A stretch of DNA of 64,000 nucleotides, taken from the NCBI GenBank assembly GCA_002189035.1, contig CM007992.1, positions 1,550,001 to 1,614,000 on the forward strand, given 5' to 3'. The notes under the pieces are model-generated. The model was given only the letters and a program-made list of their open reading frames with translations, did no database searches and was not told the DNA's origin. This DNA is from Utricularia gibba. Taxonomy: Eukaryota > Plantae > Magnoliophyta. Numbering within the stretch: the stretch's first letter is position 1; each line of letters opens with the position of its first letter. Made by a program: the position numbers and the translations under genes. Below, piece after piece: positions 48,001 through 61,900 of this stretch.

Positions 48001-48176
48001 AGAGCCAGGAACTGGTGAAGGTGAGGAACATAAAGAGTAAAGTCTGGGCGCTGAGCAGGAGCGCCGGCAGCTTCCCTCGCCTGGTGACCACAGCTGAAGG
48101 TAAAGACGTCGATGTTTTAGACGTAATGGACGGTTTAGCGCCGTCGTTATGGGCTCCCAACGGCAGCCTCGGGTGA
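45065..48176 (+). CDS. PSK SIMULATOR-like protein (DUF3475 + DUF668), multi-exon; N-terminus most like PSI2
   Basis: MGGVCS start (exon 45065-45307). [15 protein letters not shown]...[11 protein letters not shown] (exon 45629-45951), [44 protein letters not shown] and [12 protein letters not shown] non-coding first exon probably lies near 44560-44760. Confidence 0.9.
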
Positions 48177-49212
48177 GAATCTCCTGCACTGCGTGCTTTT
48201 GGCCACGACGGCGCACAGACTCCGATCCCCGTTGTTGTACCGGAACTTTTGTGTATCCCAGTATCCATCTCTTTCCCTTGCTGCAGTGGTGGCAGATGGT
48301 CAACGGACCAAGTGGTGCACGACACGCACCCGGCACTGGCGCCCGTCCCTTCATCAATGCTTATTCAACCGTATCCACAAATATGAACAACAAAAAAGAA
48401 AAGATCAAGGAGATCGACTGCATCACGGGTCCTGGCAGCTGATAGTAGGGTTGTTTATCCACAAATTGACAATTTTTAATATAAAAAAAGAGAAAATTCT
48501 AATTAAATTATCTCAATTTCGATCAATATGAAGAATCAATTATGATTTCAAACCCAATAAATTTTCGCATTACTATTCTCTCATTTGCATTTGAAATTCG
48601 ATAAATCAACTGATAACTCTATTAGGGTTGTATACGTTCGTATTTTCCATAATTTAAAGTAAATGATGATTATATTACATTCATATTCATGTTTGATATG
48701 ATTCACCATCATAAAGATATTATGATCAAAACCATTTAGTTTTGGTAACATGATAAGTTAAATATATAATTTCATAAATTTGAAAATAAATTATTTGAAA
48801 AAAAACAAGTTGATGAGCTATGACATAATTTTAAAATTAAAAATTCAATATTTATAATAACTATAATTAGTGTCACCCACAAACTATACTCATAAAAAAA
48901 GTTAAGTTAATAAATTTATGACCTAATTTTGAAATTTAGAATATTTTTTTATAATAACTTTTTCCGCAAACTCCACTCATAAAAAAAGGTAAAAATGTGA
49001 AAATTACTTCCCAAATTGGGGTGGATGTGATGACCAATTTCACAGTCAGCAGGTGCAGCTCAAGTCCCTCCTCTCGCGAGGAATGGATAAGGTGGGTTAT
49101 TCACACCACGCGCATCCCCAGCGTGCGTGGAGCCACGCTCCTCCTCCACCACAAATTCTTTAAGAATAGATCCCATCCATTGGCGTTCCTTCATTCCCCT
49201 GGCACCTCTCCC

Positions 49213-49623
49213 ATGGCTTCTGCATCCTACGCCTTCCCCAATCACTGCCCATTCTCCGCCCCCTCCAATCGTCAGCCGCTCCGCGTCTCCGCCGCCTGCG
49301 CCACCGCGGATGTCGCTCCGGCGAGGAGCGCCTCCTTGTACCAGGTGCTAGGGGTCGAGGCCGGCGCCACCTCGCAGGAAATAAAATCGGCCTACCGGAG
49401 GCTCGCCAGAGTCTTGCATCCCGACGTCGTTTCCCCCCATTCGTCCCCCGACGAGTTCATACGCGTACAGGCGGCCTACGCCACTCTCTCCGATCCCGAG
49501 AAGCGTGCCGCCTACGACGGATCTCTCCACCGCCGTATCCCGATTTCGGCTGCTGCTTACCGCGGCGGTTACTCCCCGGTGCCGAGGAGAAAACGCAGCT
49601 GGGAGACGGATCAGTGCTGGTGA
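49213..49623 (+). CDS. Small chloroplast-type J-domain protein (DnaJ11-like), single exon, 136 aa
   Basis: Transit-peptide-like N-terminus, J-domain SLYQVLGV...IKSAYRRLARVLHPD...AYATLSDPEKRAAYD, and C-terminal WETDQCW motif. Confidence 0.92.
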   Translation: MASASYAFPNHCPFSAPSNRQPLRVSAACATADVAPARSASLYQVLGVEAGATSQEIKSAYRRLARVLHPDVVSPHSSPDEFIRVQAAYATLSDPEKRAAYDGSLHRRIPISAAAYRGGYSPVPRRKRSWETDQCW

Positions 49624-52600
49624 CTGAACCCAAATGGCATTTGCTTTCTTTTCTTTTTTTTTTTTTTTTTTTGAAGACAGAACCCATACTATGTAAATTC
49701 TAAAATAGCTAGTTATTAATTAGACTTGCCTAATTTTAAAATTCTATCAATTCCTCAATTATGAATTCAATTCACTATAATTTTTATACGAAAAATTAAA
49801 GTAATTAATTAAATTTAATTTTTTTAAAATTAAAATTTTACAAATTTATGAATTCAATTTGAGATTTAACTCCAAATTCCAATAAACGTGTTTTGCACAA
49901 ATTCATATAAAAGAATATAAAAAATGCTTATCATGATAATGAGACGAATGGTGGGGCCCGTGGTACCGCCACTTGTTCTTCTCGGAGTAGTAAGAGATTT
50001 AAAATGCATCCACGCGCTTCGGATAACTATAAAAAATTCCATAAATATAAGAAACTCAAAATAAAATAACAAAACAATTTACATACGTAATTGACCACGC
50101 ATTAATTAATTTATGTATTTATATCTTTTTTTTTTCGAAAAGGATCATTTAAATTCATATTTCTAAAAATCAATTTCTTAAGTAATTTTATTGTGTCATT
50201 GGAAATTATATTTCAGGTATGTTTATATTCCTTGTTTATGAGCAATCTTCTAAATCACGTTTAATTCATTTTTTGGTTTAGGGTTTTGAATTAAAATTTT
50301 TTATGATTAACTAAATCATCTTCAAATTATTATACAAATGAATATTTAAATTTCAATTTTTTGATTTTTTTATAAAAATGAAAAAATTGAATCCAAAAAT
50401 TATTAAATTAGATTCAATTACTCGATTAAATAATGAATTTTAAGATACCATGTAATAGTTGGGCCACGATGGAGCCCAATATAAATGGGCCTGGGCTATC
50501 GCATAGTTGATGCAATCCAACTCTGCGGCGTATAGCTTGATGTATATTAGAAAATTAAAAAATGGAATAATTTATAAGGTATGCTCAAAATTTCTAATAA
50601 TCATCATTGCTTTATTCCTATTAGGCATCTCTAATCAACCAAGAAAAATAAGCAACAAACATAATTTAACATGAAAGCCAATTTGGATGCTATAAGAAAA
50701 ACTAACCATTTTACATGTATGGTCACTTTTTCTCAAAAAAAAGGAGGATGGGGGGCCTGCATTTAATGCTTGATAGTTGTAAGCCAATACCAACACCAAT
50801 ACCAATACATGTTGTGTTTTATTATAAAACACCTTAGTCTTCTTACCCATGAAGAAATTCGATAATAAGTACATTCTAAGTCTATTTAGTATAGCTGCAA
50901 AAAATTAATCTAAAAAAATGATTTTGGAGCGCTTCATTTTTTATTAGAGTACCAATACTTCAACTTAGAAAAAATTGAAGCATTTCATTGTTTCAATTTC
51001 ATGTGGAACAAAATCAGTACGTGTTTTGTTCAATAATTACTTTTATAGATAATTTTATTAAAATTGAAAGTGTATTAGACAGATCCTCTCTCTCTCTCCC
51101 TTGTTGCAGCCAACGTGAATCATGGAGCAAAATCTAAGGATTGGGTGTGAAGAAGAAAGAAGATTCCGTGACCCAGGAATCACAAGGACAGTACATGGCT
51201 GCTTCTTTGGAATCCCCGTTTCACAGTGGCAGGCGCACGATTTCACTATTACAACCGCGCACCTTCCCACCAACTTTGTCCTGAGACGGAATGGATCACT
51301 TTATCAACAATACAATGACGCTTATATGCCAGAGTTGTTTCTTTGGAATTGGAAAAACATTCCAAAAAAATTTACATATATTTAAAATTTCTTCTTATTT
51401 ATAAATTAACACAATTACTGTAAATATATTGTAAATAAGAGTATTTTATTCATTTCATATATTAAATCCCTTATAAATAATCACACCTTCTTCTAATTTC
51501 GTACCTTATCCTTTTGGGTCATATCCGTTAAATACTCCTTCTCACATTATTCTTGTAAAATACTATATTTCAATATTTTTTTCAAAAGTACCCTGTGTTT
51601 AATTATCATTTACAAAATATTTTAAATTAACTTTTAATTTATAAAATAGTTTATAGAAAACTAATAATATATAAAAACAAACCAAACTTGTCGTAAATCT
51701 AAATCTAAAAATATAAAACTCTAAATCTTAAATTTTAGATCACTATATTCTAAATTCTAAAACTTAAATTCAAAACACTAAACTTTTAATATTAAATCAT
51801 AAACCTGAATCCAAAAATCAAAACTATTAACTTTAAAACTTAAATCCGATATCCAAAAAACTAGACACCCCAAAAAATAAATCCTAATAAAATTCAAAAA
51901 TTAAATTCTAAATCTATTATATATATTCATTTATGTTTGTATTTATATTTTTGTAAAAATAATTAGTTATTTTTATTATATAAATATGATATTATATAAT
52001 ATTGATAAAAAGTATGACCATTTAATAAATGAATACATAAAAGATGGTTATTATGCTAAAAATTAAAAAAATAAGATTATTGGATTAATAGATTTTTCGT
52101 AGAGAGTTATTTTGCTAAAAATTCCAATCCATTATGCTTTCTCTCTATTCATTTGAGGTGGATTTAGCTCATCTTTGAATATATATTCAAAAATATCTTC
52201 AATTATATTCATAACTATACTTTTATGAAAGTATAATGATCAAAAGATCCAAAGTATTGAAATTCTCATTTTAAAAAGGAAGCATTCTCTTGATTGTTAT
52301 GAGAAAAATTGAATTGGTTTACAATGGTGGACTTTATACATAAGCAATGAAATGTGGTTAGTTTGGTATATTGGTAATTATGACATGTGTACATACACTA
52401 AATTGGTAGTTATGACATGTGGTAAATGTATTCGATAAGTTATATTTATTAAATATCATATATTGGTAATTGTGATACTATAAGATTAAGAGTTAATTGA
52501 CTAAACAACACACTCGATATTATATAGTAATCTAGTTCACATAAGGGTCATAATAATTGAATTCATGCTACATACTACATGAAAGATCAACACTTCAAAC

Positions 52601-55600
52601 TAAACAATACGAAAGATTAATAATCATAATTCACATAATAAATATTTTTTTGTTTTTGAAAACGATTGTTCTTTATCATTTATAATCATGGTTTTTTTTT
52701 GTTCCTCTTATTTTTAGACTAGTTTTTTTGTTATTTGAAGTATTTAATTCAAATGAATTTGCATAGGTGTTAAAAATGTATTATATTTTTTATGCATTAT
52801 TATTATTTTGTCACTTTGTGCAATATTACTACAAGTGAGGTTAATAATGTTAATTTTCAGAGATATTTGATTCTTATTTTCGCCATTTTGTAAGTCTTTT
52901 GTACTTGCGCATTCAAAATTTTTGTGATTTTTACATGATGCCATGATTTGATTTATTTAAATTTAATTTATGGCATGAATTATACATAGAAAATAATATT
53001 ATACATACGGCACGTGTAATACAATCAAACAAGTTATTTGGACAAAAATTTTAATACAATTGTTGGTTTGTGGCACAATTTATCTATATGAAAAATAAAT
53101 GTTATAAATTACCATATCAAAAAAGTAGGTTTGGTTGCTTTGGTGTTTTCCCCATAATTTAATTCCCAAAAACATAAAATCACTAACAACATTTGTGTTA
53201 CCATTTTTTCATAAAACTCCCAAAAAGTGAATTTATTTATAATAAATTGAAAATAAAAAAGAAAAATAGAGGTACTCCCTCCCACACACCTAAAAATCAG
53301 TAACCTTAAGCATTATTTTGAATTTCATAAATACATGAGGAAGTTAACCTAATTATGAGATTACTAACCTGAATATTATCTTTAAATAAAAACACTTTTA
53401 CCCAATTTTAATTTTTAAATTACAGTAAAAGATATTTATTTAATAAAATTGACTAAAATCAAAACATTATTAAAAGACTTTACGCAACAAGTGTGTCTTA
53501 TCCTTCAGCCCAACCATACATACATGCATGTACATGTACCAAAGGCTTTGGCACAAAATATCTCACCAACGTATCCCCAGCGCGTCCGTGTCCGCGTCCG
53601 CGTCTACATCACTAGTTGGGATTGAACCGCATATTGCTCGGTACCTATGTATACATCCCCCACAAAGGAAGCATCTCATCTCTCCCTCCTCGCACATGCT
53701 TTAAATCCCTTGGATCACTATTGTCTTTAATTTTAGTTCTCAAAAAAACATTTTTAGACAAGACTTTTTTAATAAGACAAGAATCTATGTCTGAAACATC
53801 TTTTTAAAAAAAAAATTCAAAAATAATTTATAGCCACTTACGTTTCGAAAAAGTAGAAATTTAATAGCATTATTTATTTTTTAAAAACTATAGAGATATA
53901 TTTTGTACATATTAAAAACACTTATTGAAAAGTGATTTTTGATCAACGAGCTAAATTGAATCCATGTAATTTCTTATAAATAGTAATATTTCTAGATTTT
54001 TTATATTTTTTATTCTATTTGATAATAAAACTGTTTTTAAAAAATACAAATGATTTCAAATAGATACTAACCTATGATTAAACACTTTGGCCATGTTTGA
54101 TAAATCGGATAATATTAGTTTTCATTGGATAGAAAATATATATAATATATATTTTTTATTGGTAACAAAAACATTTTAATCTTAAGTTTGAAATAAATCC
54201 GAGATTTCGAAGATACATAGGTATTTTTCAAACCTATTGAAAAATATGCATTGATGAGTTTATACTTTTGTATCCTTTCATATTTATCATGTGCCCAATG
54301 TTAGAAACGCATAAACCAAATCCATCAAATATCCTAATTAATTATAATCCTAGTATTTACTCTCTAGTCTAACAAACACACCCTTACTTTTTTCCATTTC
54401 CTGAATTGAGTAGGCACTCACTCGCAGGGCATTTCAGCATGCCACTCGAGCCCATGATAAGGAGACCCTAATTCAGCATTTCTAGGGTTTCCCAAAGGGG
54501 CGTTGTCCGATCATGTGAGTTTATAGAGAGGTGATCCGACCCGACCCAAATGACCAGACCAACACTTGTAGTGAAAGATATTTTGGTCTCCCCGGTGCCT
54601 CAAAGCTTCTCATCCTTATCCTTCTTTCACCAAAACTTTTTTTTAAGTGGTTTGATATAAAAACTAAAAAATGTGCAGCCACCACTCTTTGCTATGTAGT
54701 ATGAGGAAACTCGGAACCTAAAACCACCTTTTTTTCCATTTTTTTATTATATATATCAAAATTATTAGCTATTTAACAATATTAAAAATGAAAAGTTCAA
54801 TACAAGAATGTGCATGTAATTTTTTTTTGTGAAGATTGATGCTATCATTGTTTTAAAATCATGACCCAATTACGGTTTTATCATAGTTCAATTAGAATTT
54901 GATATTTTTTTTATAATAAAAGGGTTCTTTTAAAAAAACAATTTAATCACGTGTGTAAATGATTTATGATTATTTTAATTATTCAAAATTCCGGAATCTA
55001 TTGGGAAGAAATTCTAGACATGCGCACCATTCATAAACATAGCTATAAATACCATGTAAGAAGCTTTACTTTCTAATACTAGAGTGGTGTCACCGACATT
55101 TAGTATATGATTATTATTTTTTTAGATATTATTATGCATCGTGATAAAGTGATGAAATGAAAGGGAAAAAAAAAAGCAATAATAAGAAGAAAAAAGTAGG
55201 AGGAAAAAGGAAGGATATGGCAGCCGCGTAACTTTACACGAAAGATAGGCATAGGCATGTAAAAATCCCTTTTCTATATTTGATTTTCAGGCGTGTCTGG
55301 AAACGAAACAGAGACCAAGGATTTGATACGATATCCAGCCACATGCTCACCATATCAAAAACTGGCCAGAGAAAGAAAGAAAGAAAGAAAGAAAGCAGCG
55401 CTTGCCTTTTTCTCTTGTCCTCGATGTGTATTTAATCAACGACGACTCCTCCACACCCTTTCGGATCGCCCCAATTTTACATTAACATACGCGTTACCTT
55501 GTACATCATACACTCATCCAATTCTCAACAAATTATGTATGTACTCCAGATTATGAGCAATAAACTACGTTGAAAAACATAAGAATTGAATGTTCAACAC

Positions 55601-56700
55601 GAAAAATATTATATATTTATAATTAAATTAGAGATGATTTTGAATGTTTAGATAAATGTGTTTTTGAAATTGGTGTAACTTTCTTTTGAAATTTTATAAG
55701 GAATTTAAATTTTTTTTATGTGTGGGTAATTTCGATTTTTTTTTATTACTATTGTCATCATATTTTCTTGATTAGTCAATTATTAATAGTACTTAATATT
55801 ATTTTCTTGAGTAATAGTATTAACATGTATTTTCAATCATGATTTGATTAAAATCATATAATCATCCAACGCCACTACTACTTTTTACTTATCAAATCAA
55901 ATATTATATTCCAGAAAATCTTACTATTGAAACATATGCATTTTTATATAATGTATTGTAACGTCCATTATTCGGTTCGGTTATTCAATCCTTATACGAT
56001 TTTACGTTTTTATCATATTTGGTCTTTCTTCTCAAAAGGCCATCCATCCTTTCGTTACTTCAAGTTGATAGTTTTTACCGAGGATCCTTCATGGTGAAGA
56101 AAACAAGCTTAATACAATATTTGTGTGGTTATTTGATTCAATCTATTAATATCCCTTCCGGGACATCCGATTAAATTGGAAAAATCCCATATCCGCATTC
56201 ATGCGTTTCTCGATATGTCAATTTTTCCAAACAAATACGCTATAATAGATTTTCACTCTAATGCATTCTAACACCAGCAATGGCGTTCTGTTGTTATAAA
56301 TGTGGACACAAGCTATGAAGGTGGATTCCGGAAGGATTGCCGAGACGGGTGCTGTCTCGCCTGCTGGCTTTCGATTCCCATTTGTTGAAAAAACCCCTCC
56401 CCTCCTCCAACGAAGCCACCATCTTTTTTTCTTTCACAGAAGAGCGACAGCACACGTAGTTTCTTCTTTCCTCCATCTTTTGCGTGGAATCCTGCACCCC
56501 GGAGCAAATAACTGCCCAGCAACCATGTGCTGTGCCTTACACTTTTAAGAATAAGATGAACCGGAACTGGACCCGACCAGCTCCTGTTCTTGCCCACTCA
56601 CCATGCTTTCCATCTCCGGTCCATGTAATAACTAAAACTTGCGATGAATTCACTAGCTTTATTTAATATGACCCAAAAGCCGTGCTGCTAGATGAGGCAC

Positions 56701-56726
56701 TGAGGAGGAGGAGGAGGAGGAGGAGG
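56701..56726. repeat. (GAG)n microsatellite; others are (TG)n at ~15372-15388, (GAT)n at ~18988-19009 and (GAAA)n at ~55370-55394
   Basis: Read directly from the sequence. Confidence 0.85.
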
Positions 56727-57268
56727 AAGGGGGCCACCCATCGCATCAGGACATGGTTGACAACTCGGCCCCAGCCACCAAAGGGATGGATGGCCATTCT
56801 CACTCGACCGAGCATTCGATACCTTCTTTTGCTTCTAAAATAAGCCTCTTCGCCACACACCATTTCATGCTCTTTTTTTCTTAAAATTTGAGGGGTGGGT
56901 TGGATGCACATTTACATCGATGAATTGGATAAATGGGGTTGTGTTTGTTGTTACAAACTCGATTATTTTTCTGTGTAATTATTCAAAAAACAAAAAGGTT
57001 TTCGGTGGAAATTACGAAACTAAGGGATATTTATCTTTGGATGAATGAATGGATATGATATCATGGTTCTCCTTTAACTCGTCACTGGCTCCCCTTTTGA
57101 CATCCACTCTTTCTTCTTCTCATCATCATCCGTGGCTTTGTTGCCTGGCGCTTAGCACCCACTCTCACCTGTAAAGTATGTTATATATATATGCCTGGAG
57201 ACCGGAGGAATCTGAGTAAACCACCCTCTTCTGATCTCTCTCGCCGGTGACTGCAGCGGACCTCCAGA

Positions 57269-58373
57269 ATGTTCTGTTACTATCTTCTTCTAACCTTTTT
57301 CTTCGTTCACAGAGGTAACTATAGTTTATTTATACTGGGGATTTGGAGGGTTGATCTTGCTGCTAACTGCGCTTGTTTTGTTTTGTGTTAGGGGGGTTTG
57401 CGATGACATTCACGGTCGTAAATAGATGCGGGTACACGGTGTGGCCGGGGATACTCTCGAGCTCCGGAAGTTTACCGGTCGACAAGACCGGGTTCGAGCT
57501 TCAACCAGGCGGTGTGGTGTCGTTCCAAGCACCGCCGGGTTGGTCGGGCCGGCTCTGGGGTCGGACGGGGTGTACTTTTGATCCGGTGACTCTGCAGGGA
57601 AAGTGTCGAACGGGTGACTGTGGCTCAAACCAAGTGGAATGCAATGGAGCAGGAGCGGAACCCCCGGCGACGTTAGCAGAGTTCACCATCGGAGCCGGAG
57701 CTCAAGACTTCTACGATATCAGCCTCGTCGACGGCTACAACTTGCCGATGAGCGTGGAGCCGGTCGGCGGCTCGGGAGACTGCGGCTCCACGCGGTGCGC
57801 GGTGGACATCAACCGGATGTGCCCCGACGAGCTTCTTGCCGCTGATGGAATGGCGTGCAGGAGCGCGTGCCAGGCCTTCGGGTACCCGGAATTTTGCTGC
57901 AGCGGCGCGTACGGCTCTCCCGCCGCCTGCCGACCGTCGACGTACTCGGCAACCTTCAAGAGTGTTTGCCCCAATGCATATAGCTACGCGTATGATGATG
58001 CAACGAGCACCTTCACGTGCACGGGAGCTGATTACACCATCACGTTTTGTCCCTTACTAACAAGGTACTTTTTCAAACCCGAAAAACTTGTTGTCAGAAT
58101 GTGATCCATCTTTGACTAAAATTCCTCATATTCCGTTGTCACAGTCAGAAATCCTCGCGGGACTCCTCCTCGTCGGCGAGCCTGGTGCCGCCCTCCACCC
58201 CCGGCTCCAGCTCCGGTGCGGCGGCCACGGAGGAGACGGACTCCCGGACGCAGGACGACTTCCCCTGGCTGCCCAGCTTTTTCAACTCTTCAGATTCGCT
58301 GTCGACTCCAAATCGGATTGACGTAACCTTTCTACTTTTGTCGCTATTCCTTGGATTATGGGCATCGCTGTGA
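57269..58373 (+). CDS. Thaumatin-like (PR-5) protein with C-terminal extension. Exons 57269-57314, 57392-58064, 58145-58373
   Basis: TFTVVNRCGYTVWPG, GWSGRLWGRTGC, PPATLAEFT, DFYDISLVDGYNLP and CPNAYSYAYDD. Ser/Pro-rich linker and hydrophobic tail. The exon 1 start codon is less certain. Confidence 0.92.
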
Positions 58374-58963
58374 TGCCCCGGACTCACTGACTTCTATTAT
58401 TGTCACATAGAGAGACCTTCCTTCACTCTTGTAATTTTGCTACGCTCTGCTTCCTCATGTAAAAAAGTATATATTAAATTTCAAAAGACTTTTTATAACA
58501 CTTCTCCAAATTCTAATTGAATAAATATTTCTATTTTTTTTTTAGGGATAGAATTTATTCATATTTTATACCAAATTATTTTTAGAGCATTTATTAAAAG
58601 AGAGAATTGTGCCAAGAACTAAAATAAACCAACTAAAAAATCAAATATTAATCTAATAATTTGTTTGATATGTGTAAATGTTTTTTTAACTAAAATCCAA
58701 TTTTAAAAATCAAAGTACGATTTAAAATTTGAGGGCTATAGTTTTCTTTAGTATAATTTGTATAATTTTTTATTACTATTAAATATTAATTTAATATTTT
58801 ACTTTCATTTTTTTAACAATATATAATTTAATATTTATTTTTGGGTTGGGCCTGGAGGTGTGCTTGGCGGACATCGGGCCGTTTCTTGCTTAAACGGTTA
58901 AACCTAACCTCGGCTTCTTCCTTAAACCCTCTTGTTCTCCGGCGGAGGTGGTGGTATCCGTCA

Positions 58964-61900
58964 ATGGCTGCGGAGGAAGAATTCTATTTCGAGCCTCCGA
59001 GCGACGAGGAAATTCCGGAGGAAACCGACACGGAATCTGAGGAAGGTGGCGAGGAGGAAGAAGCGGAGCTTGAAGGGGAGAAAGTGAAAATAAAGAAGAA
59101 ATCGCAGTCACCGTGGGACTTCTCTGCCTATTCGGAGTCGGTCGCCGATGAGCACTCGAAGCGGAGTACTACTTCAATTGATGATAAGATTTCCCGAGCT
59201 CGGCTTCGGCAGCCAGTAGCAGCGGTGGCTGATGGTGACTCGGATGAAGAATCTGATACAGAATCGCATCACCAAGTACATTTCTATCTTAGTAGTGGAT
59301 AATTGAGTCAGAATATGCTATTGTGAATCCTAATTTTACCTATTATTTGTTGATATAGGAGGATTACAGGCCTGATGAGGAAGATGACGTTCCAACGATG
59401 AGTGGAAACGATCCAAAGTCCTTTTACGCATCTGTGGACGGTGTATCCTTCAATGCAAAGTCGTTCCTGGATCTGCATATTTCAAGGCCGTTACTTCGGG
59501 CGTGTGAAGCTTTAGGTTACACCAAGCCCACACCAATTCAGGTTTTTCTATGGTCGGCTAGTTTCTGTCTCCCCCTCACTTCATATGAACGTCCAAGTCA
59601 AGGTTGGTATGTTTTTTTACTACTTGTTTGCAGGCTGCGTGCATTCCACTGGCTTTAACTGGGCGTGATATTTCTGGCAGTGCTATAACCGGTGCTGGAA
59701 AGGTATTTCCATCTTTATAACTCATTGCATAGCCTCGTTGTTTGTTAACTCAATATTTTTGCCGAAATATGGCCTGCATTGTGCTTCCATCCATCAGCAC
59801 ATCGCACTGGGTTTCTTCAACAGCAGAAAGTATTAATGTATAACCTTCCGTTGGATTAACAGTTTTTTGGCTACACAGACGGCTGCATTTGCCCTTCCAA
59901 CACTAGAGAGGCTGCTGTACAAGCCAAAAAACAGGCCAGCGATAAGGGTTCTAATCCTCACTCCAACGAGGGAGTTGGCTGTACAGTAAGTTTCTTGTAA
60001 TATTGTGCGATTTTGGTAATGTGTGTCAATTCTTGTTAGTTTAGCAGTATCTTTTTTGAAAAGTAAAACCTATATGTTGCCTTCTTGAAATATTGTTTAT
60101 TTCCAGGGTACACAGCATGATTGGAAAACTTGCGCAGTTTGCACCTGACATCCGGAGTTGTCTGGTTGTTGGTGGTCTTTCAACCAAGGTATACTTGATA
60201 CCAGGATTCCTGTCTTACTAGCAACGTTGTTCTGTGCCGTTTTTTTATTCATAGTAACAGGAGGTTCCTCTACCTATGTGATCTCTTTCTCTTCGTTGGT
60301 ATGCTGAAATGAAACATCATAGGTACAAGAAGTAGCACTAAGATCGAATCCAGATATAGTCGTTGCAACTCCCGGACGTATGATAGATCATCTGCGCAAC
60401 TCACTGTCTGTACACTTGGATGAGCTTGCTGTGTTGATACTTGATGAAGCTGATCGGCTACTTGAGCTTGGATTCAGTGCTGAAATCCGTGAACTTGTAT
60501 GTGTTTAAAGAGTTGGGTTGCAATCGAAAAGCATGCTTTCATGTCATTTCTTAGAGATGAGTTTTGTTGATATGCTTTTTGCCGTAAATGGGAATCATTA
60601 GTTTCTTGAACACTGTTCAAGGGCTTAGTTACTGTAAATTAGAAAAATTTTATGTAAGCACTTTGCTCATTTTTGCCTCGATTGATATCCTGAGGGACTT
60701 CTTATTGCATTGTAGGTAAAGTTGTGTCCTAAAAGAAGGCAGACCATGCTGTTTTCCGCAACAATGACTGAAGAAGTTGATGAGCTTATCAAGCTCTTAT
60801 TGAATAAGCCATTACGTTTATCAGCTGATCCATCAGCAAAGAGACCAACAACTTTGACTGAAGAGTACGGAATTTGAGATCCCCTATGCTATTGAAGGAT
60901 TCTGTTATTTTTTCCAACTTCGTGAACGCTGGATGTAATTACAAACTTGAACTGCAGGGTGGTTCGCATACGAAGAACACGTGAAGGAAATCAGGAAGCA
61001 GTTCTTCTTTCATTATGCTCCAAGACCTTTACCTCCAGAGTGATTATTTTCAGGTGATTTTCCTCCGGGATTGAATTGACTTCGTTTTTTGCTGTCAACA
61101 AATCACTGAACATTGATCCCTAAAACTCTTCGTTGTTATTATTATTAAAGTAGGCATACCTTTTGTGATCTTTTTCTTTTCTTAACCTGTCATGTAATAT
61201 GAAATTTGCATTCTTTAGTGGAACTAAGAAGGCAGCACATAGATTGAAAATCTTATTTGGGTTGGCGGGCTTCAAAGCAGCAGAGCTTCATGGGGACCTC
61301 ACCCAGGCTCAGCGCTTAGATGTATGTTTTACTTTCATTAAAACTTCAGGATTACCCGTCTGCTGAATCATGGCGTACTATTCATTCAATAGGCTTTGGA
61401 GCTATTCAGGAAGCAGCAAGTCGATTTTCTGATTGCGACTGATGTTGCTGCTCGAGTAATAATTATTTTTCTATGCTTTTATATATTTTATTCTTCTCAA
61501 TTACCTTAAAGCATATTTCTATCTTTAGGTTCACTGTTCTTATCACATTTTTCTTTTCTCTTGCAAGGGTCTTGATATTATTGGTGTTCAAACTGTCATT
61601 AATTTTGCCTGCCCTCGAGATCTTACTTGGTAAAGACTTACGTCGTTGCTCTTGCATGAATTATTCTCATTAACATATGAGTATTGCATCAAACAAAGTT
61701 TTCTTGGTTATTAACTCTTGTAGCTATGTCCATCGAGTGGGCCGCACTGCAAGGGCGGGCAGAGAAGGATATGCCGTTACTTTTGTTACTGATAACGATC
61801 GGTCTCTTTTAAAAGATATTGTGAGTATCCAGCTTTCCTCTTTATAGCTGATTATGTTTCACACAAGTTAAATTGTATTTTGGTTACATTCATCTGGTGT

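Noticed and set aside
51122-51385. 87-aa ORF in a GC-richer island
   Set aside because: No recognisable motif, splice structure or hairpin; cannot be supported from sequence alone.
56434-56453. TCACAGAAGAGCGACAGCAC resembles miR156 (16/20)
   Set aside because: Four mismatches to a highly invariant miRNA, and only an 8-bp complement (GTGCTGTC at ~56351) lying on the wrong side; no proper precursor stem.
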